A stretch of 64,000 nucleotides of DNA from NCBI GenBank assembly GCA_964639285.1, contig CAZXCI010000001.1:142305-206304 (forward strand), written 5' to 3'. The first letter of the stretch is position 1. Every line of letters starts with the position of its first letter. Positions 8,214-16,127 of this stretch are shown piece after piece. This DNA comes from an uncultured Candidatus Saccharibacteria bacterium. Its GTDB lineage: Bacteria > Patescibacteriota > Minisyncoccia > Phycocordibacterales > XYD1-FULL-46-19. The translations under genes were made by a program, and so were the position numbers. A model generated the notes under the pieces. That model did no database searches. It was not told where the DNA came from and saw only the letters and a list, made by a program, of their open reading frames with translations.

Positions 8214-8525
8214 CTAGTCGACAAGCGACCAGTCGATTTTGGCGAAGATGTCTTTGGTATCATACTCGCCATTTCCGCACATCATCAGGAAGAACGGAAG
8301 GAGGCTGGTGAGTTTCTCGGGATCGGCTTCGACCGTCTGGATGAACAATGTGCGTGTCAGGCAGGTATAACTCCCGTCACTGGAACCGGTGTACTTGCCA
8401 CTTGGCACGTGCACAGCCCTAACGAGTTCACCCCTGATTTCCTCTCGGCGTTCTTTCGAACAAGTCGGCGAGGAAGCCTCGATAACGAGATTCTTGATTG
8501 TTTGCTGGGACAACTTGCTAGCCAT
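8214..8525 (-). CDS. hypothetical protein
   Basis: 103 aa, overlaps upstream ORF by 8 nt, AAGGA SD, terminator at 8170-8213. Confidence 0.7.
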   Translation of the reverse strand: MASKLSQQTIKNLVIEASSPTCSKERREEIRGELVRAVHVPSGKYTGSSDGSYTCLTRTLFIQTVEADPEKLTSLLPFFLMMCGNGEYDTKDIFAKIDWSLVD

Positions 8526-8841
8526 GACACATTTCCTTCTTGTCGGTTAAGCCAAGAAAGCCCAGCAATTTCTCGCGCCGTCTCTCGTCTTTAGCCAACA
8601 GTTCACGATCGTACGAGATGATCTGACGACGATGGTCGTGACGATCTAGCTCGAACTCCGATCCGTAGTCAACGGCACTGTCGTGGATCGAATTGTTCAA
8701 CCTCTCGCCGTGTTCAATCTCTTTGGTAAGCGTGGCAATTTGCCGATCCAAGAAAGCAAGTTCTTTTTGCCACTTGGCTCTCCTCCGTTCCTTCCACCTC
8801 TCAATCCAAACACGAAGAAACCACATCTTTCTATCCTCCAT
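8518..8841 (-). CDS. hypothetical coiled-coil protein
   Basis: 107 aa, GGAG SD, own promoter. Confidence 0.7.
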   Translation of the reverse strand: MEDRKMWFLRVWIERWKERRRAKWQKELAFLDRQIATLTKEIEHGERLNNSIHDSAVDYGSEFELDRHDHRRQIISYDRELLAKDERRREKLLGFLGLTDKKEMCHG

Positions 8842-8883
8842 GGGTTAGACTCCAGTTTTCAACACAAAAACACTCTATCTATA

Positions 8884-8912
8884 ATGTTAGCATATATAGA
8901 TAAATATGTCAA
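8884..8912 (-). promoter_or_regulatory. sigma70-type promoter
   Basis: TTGACA-17 nt-TAACAT with TG extension, immediately 3' of tRNA-Asn. Confidence 0.65.
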
Positions 8913-8919
8913 TACCTTG

Positions 8920-8992
8920 CTCCGCGGGTAGGACTCGAACCTACGACCAACCCGTTAACAGCGGGCCGCTCTACCAACTGAGCTACCGCGGA
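8920..8992 (-). tRNA. tRNA-Asn(GTT), CCA not encoded
   Basis: TCCGCGG acceptor stem, AGCTCAGTTGGTAGAGC D-arm, GTT anticodon, GGTTCGAGTCC T-arm; followed by CAA. Confidence 0.97.
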
Positions 8993-9095
8993 ATCTATAA
9001 ATTCTAAATGAACACGGCCTTCCAATTGAGGCTCCTAAATTTTAACAAAAATAATACAAAATGCAATATTGCATAATTTGTGATTAAATGATCCA

Positions 9096-9641
9096 ATGGA
9101 AAAAAAGGAAGAATTGACGATTGAGAGGATTGTCAAAGAGTATCTAGCAATAATTTACCGTTTTGCCTATCGCTTGACGGGGGACGAAGCTGACGCCAGG
9201 GACATTGCTCAGGAGGTAATGGTGAAGGTCTGGAAGAATTTAGATAGGTTCGACGAGAATCAGGGCTTCAAGCCCTGGCTCTTCAAAATTGCTCGAAATA
9301 CGGCTATTGATTGGCTTAGGCGACGCCGGCAAATTCCTTTTAGTCAACTAGCTTCTACTGACGAAGAGGGGAATCAAAAAGATTTTTCTGAAAATATTGC
9401 CGACTTGGAATTATTACCGGACGAGATTTTTGCTCAGTCGGAGGTTAAGGAAAAGTTCAAACAGGCTCTTGGGGCGGTCCCCTTAGCCGAGAGAGAAATT
9501 CTCGTTCTTCATTTAGAAGAGGGGTTAACTTTTGATGAAATCTCTAAGATCGTAAAACGGCCTCTTAACACGGTGAAGAGTATTTACCGGCGATCTCTCT
9601 TTAGGTTGAGGGCCCTCTTGGTTGAAATTGCACCAAAATAG
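9096..9641 (+). CDS. ECF-family RNA polymerase sigma factor
   Basis: DIAQEV, WLFKIARN region 2; C-terminal HTH (LNTVKS). Confidence 0.92.
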   Translation: MEKKEELTIERIVKEYLAIIYRFAYRLTGDEADARDIAQEVMVKVWKNLDRFDENQGFKPWLFKIARNTAIDWLRRRRQIPFSQLASTDEEGNQKDFSENIADLELLPDEIFAQSEVKEKFKQALGAVPLAEREILVLHLEEGLTFDEISKIVKRPLNTVKSIYRRSLFRLRALLVEIAPK

Positions 9642-9674
9642 CGCTAATCGGCGTATCTAAAAAATAAGAGGTTT

Positions 9675-10085
9675 ATGAGCAAGAATATCAAACAATTATT
9701 TGAAATTACCCAGATTTCCGCTCCCGGGGCTGATTTGGAAGCAAGGGTTTTTTCTCGTATCGAAAAAGAAAAAAAGTTCTTGGCTCGTCGTAGCCTCTTG
9801 ATTTTTACCTTGGCTGATGTCTTGTCGGGGGCTGGTTTGGTCTTGTCTTTTTCCTATTTATTCAAATTGTTGGCAACTTCTGGATTCTATCATTATGCCT
9901 CTTTGTTCTGGTCGGACTTGGGGACGGCGAGTCTTTATTGGCAGGAGCTACTCTTGTCATTGGTTGAATCATTGCCAATGTTGGGGGTCATCGCTTTCTT
10001 GATGGTTACGCTAGTTTTAATTTTTTCTTTAGCCAAAACTGTTTCAAATTTTAAATTATTTTATTATCAAGTTAATCCTGTTTAG
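9675..10085 (+). CDS. putative membrane anti-sigma factor
   Basis: Follows ECF sigma; short cytoplasmic N-terminus plus TM helices. Confidence 0.6.
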   Translation: MSKNIKQLFEITQISAPGADLEARVFSRIEKEKKFLARRSLLIFTLADVLSGAGLVLSFSYLFKLLATSGFYHYASLFWSDLGTASLYWQELLLSLVESLPMLGVIAFLMVTLVLIFSLAKTVSNFKLFYYQVNPV

Positions 10086-10103
10086 CAGGACAAATAAATT
10101 ATT

Positions 10104-10604
10104 ATGAAATGCTTAAAAGATTTTGGTTGCTCTAAGAATGTTCGCTGGGTCATTGCAATTATCGCTGTTGTTATTGTCTTATTGGTTGTCTTTCAAGCGG
10201 GTCGTTTTGTTGGCTTCCGTCAGGCGATCTTCTCTGGTCACCTTGGCGATAATTATTATCGGGCCTTTGAGGGACCAAAGCGTGGCCCAATGGGGAAGAT
10301 GATTCCTCGGGGCTTCTGGTCTGATGATCTACCCAATGGTCACGGGGCGATTGGCAAAATTATTAAGATTACTTTACCGACGATCGTTGTTCTTGGCCCG
10401 GACGATGTGGAGAAGATTGTAAAGGTAGGTGACGAGACGCTTGTTCGTAGTTTTCGCGATACGATAAAAGTGGGGGACCTTAAAGTTGGGGATATGATCG
10501 TGACGATTGGTACGGCCGATGATTCGTCGCAAATTGTGGCAAAGTTAATTCGTCTCTTGCCTCCGTTACCAACTCCTCCAGCTTCAACTACACCTAAACA
10601 GTAA
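10104..10604 (+). CDS. membrane-anchored protein with small beta-barrel (DUF5666-like) domain
   Basis: N-terminal TM; DLKVGDxIxxxG...AKLIR. Confidence 0.7.
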   Translation: MKCLKDFGCSKNVRWVIAIIAVVIVLLVVFQAGRFVGFRQAIFSGHLGDNYYRAFEGPKRGPMGKMIPRGFWSDDLPNGHGAIGKIIKITLPTIVVLGPDDVEKIVKVGDETLVRSFRDTIKVGDLKVGDMIVTIGTADDSSQIVAKLIRLLPPLPTPPASTTPKQ

Positions 10605-10610
10605 AATTAT

Positions 10611-12188
10611 ATGAAAAATTATGTTCTTAGACATAAGATCTTCAGTGCCATTGTTTTAATTGTTCTTTTGGGTGGTGGTTATTGGGCTTACGCTAAATTA
10701 ACAGATACCAGCGACGAAACAAAATATGTTATTAGCGCGGTGGAGAAAGGGACAATTGTAGCGACGATCTCTGGCACGGGTCAAGTCTCAGCCAAAAGCC
10801 AGATAGAACTTAAACCTAAGGCTTCAGGAGAAATTGTTTATCTTGGGGCGAAGACTGGTGACTATGTCAGTGCTGGTCAGCTTATCTTACAGATTGATTC
10901 TCGGGATGCTGAGATTGACTTGAAGAATGCTAAACTTACTTTGCAAAAGATGGTGGAAGGGGTGGGGAGCCTGGGTGGAACTAGTGGCCTAGCTAAGGAT
11001 TATGAGGAGGGGATGAATAATGTCGACGAAGCCTTCTCTGGCTTGTCCGAAATTATGGAGGGTCTAGATATTATTCTTAACGACTATAAAACTTCTCCTT
11101 ACAAAATGAATTTGCCGAACGATACGGCTCGCACCTACTATAACAAGGCCGTCAAAAGCTATTTTTTGGCCAAGCCGATTTACGAGAAGAATCTTGCTAG
11201 GTACCAAAGTCTTAGTCGTCCTTTAACTAATGATAGCGTCGCTTCGACCCTGAATGAGACCTACTCAATGCTTCAAGTTCTTAGTCAGATGATTAAGGAC
11301 TCGAATGTTTATCTTGCTTATACCTATGACAAGTCAAGAGAGGACGAATCTCGAAGTGTTATTATGGCTACCGACAAGGACAATGTTGCTACTTGGCTCA
11401 AGACCGTTAGCAACAATCTCTCGGCGATTGGAGTGAGTCGCGATACGATTAAAAATTCGGCTCTTAATATTGAGTCGCAGAGATTGACCTTACAGCAAAA
11501 GGAATATGCTTATCAAAACTATTTTCTCTACGCGCCATTTAGTGGTCTGGCTCAAATTGACATCACGAGGAATGACTCAGTTAGTAATGGATCAAGTATT
11601 GGGTCCCTTGTTTCTGTCAATAAGGTGGCGACAATTTCCCTTAATGAGGTTGATGTAACAAAAGTTAAAGTTGGGCAAAAGGCAACCCTAACTTTTGATG
11701 CGATTGAGAACCTGACTATCTCTGGTCTTGTTTGGTCGGTTGATCAGGTCGGGACAGTTTCTTCGGGTGTTGTGAATTATAATGTTAAAATTTCTTTTGA
11801 CACTCAGGATCCTCGAGTTTTGCCAGGGATGAGCGTCAACGCTTCGATTGCTACCAATGCTCGCCAAGATGTCTTGATCGTCCCCTCTGGAGCCGTGAAG
11901 ATCTCGGGAGATATTTCTTATGTCCAGATGTTAGATCAAAGTTTGCCGGTAACAGGCAATCAAGGGGTAGCCTCCACTTTAATTCCCGCCGAACAGGAAG
12001 TTGTTGTTGGGATCTCTGACGATACTTCAACGGAGATTATCTCAGGATTAAAGGAGGGGGATAAAATAATTACCAGGATAATTGCCCCAGGAGCAGTTAA
12101 AGCAGCTAGTGCCCCGAGCTTGTTTGGTAGTACCGGCGGGAGTCGCAGCAGTGTTAGGGGCGCATCTGTTGGTAGTCTTGGTCACTAA
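10611..12188 (+). CDS. efflux periplasmic adaptor (MacA/HlyD-like)
   Basis: N-terminal TM, lipoyl-like halves (GDYVSAGQLI, APFSG), long helical hairpin, PGMSV. Confidence 0.9.
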   Translation: MKNYVLRHKIFSAIVLIVLLGGGYWAYAKLTDTSDETKYVISAVEKGTIVATISGTGQVSAKSQIELKPKASGEIVYLGAKTGDYVSAGQLILQIDSRDAEIDLKNAKLTLQKMVEGVGSLGGTSGLAKDYEEGMNNVDEAFSGLSEIMEGLDIILNDYKTSPYKMNLPNDTARTYYNKAVKSYFLAKPIYEKNLARYQSLSRPLTNDSVASTLNETYSMLQVLSQMIKDSNVYLAYTYDKSREDESRSVIMATDKDNVATWLKTVSNNLSAIGVSRDTIKNSALNIESQRLTLQQKEYAYQNYFLYAPFSGLAQIDITRNDSVSNGSSIGSLVSVNKVATISLNEVDVTKVKVGQKATLTFDAIENLTISGLVWSVDQVGTVSSGVVNYNVKISFDTQDPRVLPGMSVNASIATNARQDVLIVPSGAVKISGDISYVQMLDQSLPVTGNQGVASTLIPAEQEVVVGISDDTSTEIISGLKEGDKIITRIIAPGAVKAASAPSLFGSTGGSRSSVRGASVGSLGH

Positions 12189-12193
12189 GAAAA

Positions 12194-12904
12194 ATGATTG
12201 AAGTTAAGAATATTACTAAAACTTATTTTACCGGGGATATTGATTTCTCGGCCCTTCGTGGGGTTTCTTTTACCATTAATGATGGAGAATTCGTAGCGAT
12301 TATGGGTCCGTCTGGTTCCGGTAAATCTACCCTAATGCATATTATTGGGGCCCTTGACACTCCGACAGAAGGGGCTTATTTCCTCGACCAGCGAGATGTC
12401 TCTAAGATGTCGGGGGACGAGTTGGCCGATATTCGTCGTGATAAAATCGGTTTTGTCTTCCAATCTTTTAATCTCTTACCTCGAACCTCAGTTTTGCGTA
12501 ATGTTACGCTACCTCTCATATATGATCGAGTCCCTGAGCTTGAGAGGAATAAGCGAGCCGAAGAAGCGCTTGTGGCGGCCGGGATGGATCGAGGACATTT
12601 TCACCATTTGTCGAATCAGTTGTCGGGTGGTCAGATTCAGCGGGTGGCTATTGCTCGAGCTCTGGTCAATAACCCTTCCCTTATCTTAGCCGATGAACCG
12701 ACAGGCAATCTTGATTCTAAGACTGGAGAGATTGTTCTTGATACATTCCAAAGATTGAACGAAGAGCAAGGGAAAACGATCGTCCTCATCACTCATGAAC
12801 ATGATGTGGCTGAACATGCTGATCGGATTATTTTAATAAAAGATGGTCTTGTCGTCTCTGATAACAAGCAACACCAGAAGCGAAGAGCCGGTCTTCCTAA
12901 ATAA
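12194..12904 (+). CDS. ABC transporter ATP-binding protein (MacB/LolD-like)
   Basis: GPSGSGKST, LSGGQ, ADEPTGNLD. Confidence 0.95.
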   Translation: MIEVKNITKTYFTGDIDFSALRGVSFTINDGEFVAIMGPSGSGKSTLMHIIGALDTPTEGAYFLDQRDVSKMSGDELADIRRDKIGFVFQSFNLLPRTSVLRNVTLPLIYDRVPELERNKRAEEALVAAGMDRGHFHHLSNQLSGGQIQRVAIARALVNNPSLILADEPTGNLDSKTGEIVLDTFQRLNEEQGKTIVLITHEHDVAEHADRIILIKDGLVVSDNKQHQKRRAGLPK

Positions 12905-12910
12905 TAAAAT

Positions 12911-14137
12911 ATGCACATTGTTGATATTTTGCACGAAACATATTCTGCTCTGTCATCGAACAAAGTTCGAACAGGTTTAACGATGCTCGGTATTATTATT
13001 GGCATTGGTTCGGTGATCGCGATGTTGGCGATTGGTCAAGGGGCGCAGAATTCTATCAAATCAAGTATTCAATCGATTGGTTCGAACTTAATTATTGTCA
13101 TGCCTGGGGCTCAACGAGGGCCGGGGATGATGGTGAGTGCGGGTCGAGGTTCGGCCAAATCGCTGACAATGGAAGATTACCGGGCTATCTCTTCTCAAGT
13201 AGATTCTATCAATGGTGTTGCTCCAGAAGTTAGTGGCCGTTATCAGGTTGTGTTTAGGGGTCAAAATACTAATACTCAAGTGACGGGGACGGTTCCATCT
13301 TATCAGACCGTTCGTAACGTTCAGGTGGCGGAGGGGGCGTTTATTTCTGACCAAAATATTCAGAGTGGCGCTAAGGTAGCAGTGCTTGGGCCGATGACTC
13401 GAGATGATTTGTTTGGCCTTGAGGCCGGTAATGTTATTGGTCAGAAGATTCGGATAAAACAAGTTGAGTTCAAGATTATTGGCATTACTCTGGCCAAGGG
13501 CGGTTCAGGTATGGGAAGCCAAGATGACGTCATTTATATTCCTCTTACTACGGCACAGAGATATTTTTCTGGCGATCAGTATGTCTCAACTATTAGTATC
13601 GCTGCGACTGATTCTGAGTCAGCAACTCAAGTTCAAGAGGATATCACTAGTTTACTCTTGAGCCAACATCATATTAAAGACCCCACTCAAGCCGATTTTA
13701 GTACAATGAATCAGGCTGACATTGTCTCTACGGCGACAAGTATCACGAGCATCTTCACCATCCTTCTTGGTTCGGTTGCCGGGATCTCTCTGGTGGTGGG
13801 CGGAATTGGAATTATGAATATGATGCTCACAACTGTGACTGAGAGGACAAGAGAGATTGGTTTGCGTAAGGCGATTGGGGCGAAGCGTCGGGATATTAGC
13901 TTGCAGTTTTTAATTGAGTCTGTTGCCTTAACCTTTATCGGGGGCATTCTCGGCATAATTCTTGGTTGGCTGGTCTCTTTTGTTATAACTTATTTTGGCA
14001 TACTTCAAACCCAGGTTTCACTTTTTTCTGTCTTGCTAGCTTTTGGTGTCTCGACCACAATCGGTATCGTTTTTGGTTATTATCCGGCTCGGCGAGCAGC
14101 TAGTCTTAATCCAATTGAGGCCCTAAGGTATGAATAA
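12911..14137 (+). CDS. ABC transporter permease (MacB/FtsX-like)
   Basis: LTMLGIIIG, VTERTREIGLRKAIGA, PIEALRYE. Confidence 0.95.
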   Translation: MHIVDILHETYSALSSNKVRTGLTMLGIIIGIGSVIAMLAIGQGAQNSIKSSIQSIGSNLIIVMPGAQRGPGMMVSAGRGSAKSLTMEDYRAISSQVDSINGVAPEVSGRYQVVFRGQNTNTQVTGTVPSYQTVRNVQVAEGAFISDQNIQSGAKVAVLGPMTRDDLFGLEAGNVIGQKIRIKQVEFKIIGITLAKGGSGMGSQDDVIYIPLTTAQRYFSGDQYVSTISIAATDSESATQVQEDITSLLLSQHHIKDPTQADFSTMNQADIVSTATSITSIFTILLGSVAGISLVVGGIGIMNMMLTTVTERTREIGLRKAIGAKRRDISLQFLIESVALTFIGGILGIILGWLVSFVITYFGILQTQVSLFSVLLAFGVSTTIGIVFGYYPARRAASLNPIEALRYE

Positions 14138-14182
14138 TTAAAAATTAGTGAGAAATTATTAATTAATAACAAATATTTAATT

Positions 14183-14593
14183 ATGAAAAATACAACAAAA
14201 ATTATCATCGGGGTGCTTATTATTGTCGCCCTAGCTTTCTACGGTGGCTTCAAGTATGGTCAGAGTCAGAAAAGTTTTCCCGGCGGAGGCCAGATGAGCC
14301 GTTTTAGTGGCGTTGGCATGGCGGGGCAAAGAGGGTCGAGGGCCGATGTCGGCGGTGGGGTGGTCGCGGGCGAGATTTTAAACAAGGATGCCACTAGCAT
14401 AACTCTTAAGTTGCGCGATGGTGGTTCAAGAATAGTTCTTGTTTCTGGTTCCACTGAGGTGCAAAAAATGACCAAAGGCACTCTGGAAGATTTAGTGGTA
14501 GGGAATTCAGTTTCTGTTAATGGTTCAACAAACTCTGACGGTAGCCTTAGTGCTAAATCTGTTCAATTGCGAACTTTTCCCTTGGCCCGTTAG
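14183..14593 (+). CDS. membrane-anchored DUF5666-like protein
   Basis: TM, Gly-rich linker, DLVVG..V.V.G...DGSLSAKSVQ. Confidence 0.7.
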   Translation: MKNTTKIIIGVLIIVALAFYGGFKYGQSQKSFPGGGQMSRFSGVGMAGQRGSRADVGGGVVAGEILNKDATSITLKLRDGGSRIVLVSGSTEVQKMTKGTLEDLVVGNSVSVNGSTNSDGSLSAKSVQLRTFPLAR

Positions 14594-14639
14594 CTCTCAA
14601 GTGACAAATCGTCTAATCTTATGCTAAGCTTCTTAGGAC

Positions 14640-15512
14640 ATGGTTAACAGAAATAATCATCTGGTTTTTGAGTGGATTGTTAGCATCGCTTTATTTATAG
14701 CTGTGATTGCAATTGGTGTTGGTGGTTATTTTTTCTGGCAACTCGATCTTAAGAATAAAGAGTTATTAGAATCTAAGAAAGATTTAGAAAATAAGCTAGC
14801 TATTTCGCAAAATAATTTAGCCACGACAACCAATGCTCTCCAGGAAGAACGGACGAGGAACGACGCTTTTGCTAATCAATTGAGTGGTCTGGCCACGACC
14901 GTGGGGACACTTGATAAGTTGAGTAAAACTGATCGCGAATTACTGAAGAAATATTCTAAGATCTATTTTCTTAGTGAAAATTATATTCCTTCTAATCTGG
15001 CGACAATTACTCCTCAATATCTATTTGATCCCGAGAAGTCTCTCTTGATCCATGCTAGTGTCTTGCCCAAGTTAGAGAGCCTGATTCGATCGGCGTCCTC
15101 AGTTGGCATTACTCTGCAAATTAACTCTGCCTACCGTTCTTTTGGAACTCAGGAGGCACTTAAATATAATTACTCAGTTACTTATGGAGCAGGGACGGCT
15201 AATAAATTTTCGGCCGATCAGGGTTATTCGGAGCATCAACTCGGGACAACCATTGATTTTGGGACCCCAAGTATCAAGGGAGATCTTTCGAAGTTTGGTA
15301 AAACTGACGCTTATAATTGGTTAACAAACAATGCCTATCGTTTTGGTTTCGTTCTGTCCTACCCCGAGGATAATGATTACTATCAATATGAACCTTGGCA
15401 TTGGCGCTATGTTGGGGTAGCCTTGGCAACAAAACTTCATTTTGACAAACTTCATTTCTACGATTTTCCCCAGAGGTTGATTGATCAGTTTTTGGTAAAC
15501 ATTTTCGATTAG
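14640..15512 (+). CDS. D-Ala-D-Ala carboxypeptidase (M15B/VanY-like)
   Basis: SAYRS, SEHQLG..ID, YEPWHWRY; N-terminal TM plus coiled coil. Confidence 0.92.
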   Translation: MVNRNNHLVFEWIVSIALFIAVIAIGVGGYFFWQLDLKNKELLESKKDLENKLAISQNNLATTTNALQEERTRNDAFANQLSGLATTVGTLDKLSKTDRELLKKYSKIYFLSENYIPSNLATITPQYLFDPEKSLLIHASVLPKLESLIRSASSVGITLQINSAYRSFGTQEALKYNYSVTYGAGTANKFSADQGYSEHQLGTTIDFGTPSIKGDLSKFGKTDAYNWLTNNAYRFGFVLSYPEDNDYYQYEPWHWRYVGVALATKLHFDKLHFYDFPQRLIDQFLVNIFD

Positions 15513-15518
15513 GCCGAC

Positions 15519-15527
15519 TGTGGATAA
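15519..15527 (-). promoter_or_regulatory. perfect DnaA box
   Basis: TGTGGATAA (TTATCCACA on minus strand), intergenic. Confidence 0.5.
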
Positions 15528-15731
15528 CTTTTCTTGTTTTTGATTGGGACGATGGTATAATCTTAATGAGGTTAAGGATATTGACGGTCGTACTGTAAGG
15601 GAAAACCAATCAATTGTAATAATATTGATATTTATCCTTAGCCTCACAGAGAACCGTACGTTTTGGACGTAGGGTTTTTTGTTTCTATGCTATAATTATC
15701 TAAGCTATTATAAGTTTTAATTAAAATTATT

Positions 15732-16115
15732 ATGTCAGGATATATCGCAAACATTGAGGAGAAGACTCAAGCCAACGATTATTTTCGCGAAGTTCTCTTC
15801 ACCGCGCCTCATTCTCAATTAGTCGTCATGAGTATTGCTCCCGGTGAAGATATCGGTGAGGAAGTTCACGACAAAGTTGATCAATTCTTAAGAGTCGAAT
15901 CAGGCGAGGGGAAGGCGATTCTCGATGGTGAGGAGACCGCTCTCAGTGACGGCTTCTGCGTTGTCGTCCCCGCTGGCGCTCGTCATAATCTTATCAACAC
16001 TTCAGCGACCGAAGCGCTTAAGCTCTACACTATCTATTCTCCGGCCAATCATCCCGATGGCACCATTCACAAGACCAAAGCCGAGGCCCTCGCCGACGAA
16101 GACGATCACGTTTAA
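15732..16115 (+). CDS. cupin domain protein
   Basis: GEDIGEEVH, VPAGARHN. Confidence 0.9.
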   Translation: MSGYIANIEEKTQANDYFREVLFTAPHSQLVVMSIAPGEDIGEEVHDKVDQFLRVESGEGKAILDGEETALSDGFCVVVPAGARHNLINTSATEALKLYTIYSPANHPDGTIHKTKAEALADEDDHV

Positions 16116-16127
16116 TTCTTATAATCT

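Noticed and set aside
8046-8594. 182-aa + strand ORF
   Set aside because: Starts inside a REP element, crosses a junction and is antisense to the SD-led 8214..8841 genes; treated as a shadow ORF.
1-8992. Canonical integron or intact prophage
   Set aside because: No intI, other integrase or phage structural genes in the window, and the junction ends only loosely fit RYYYAAC/GTTRRRY. Kept as integron-like only.
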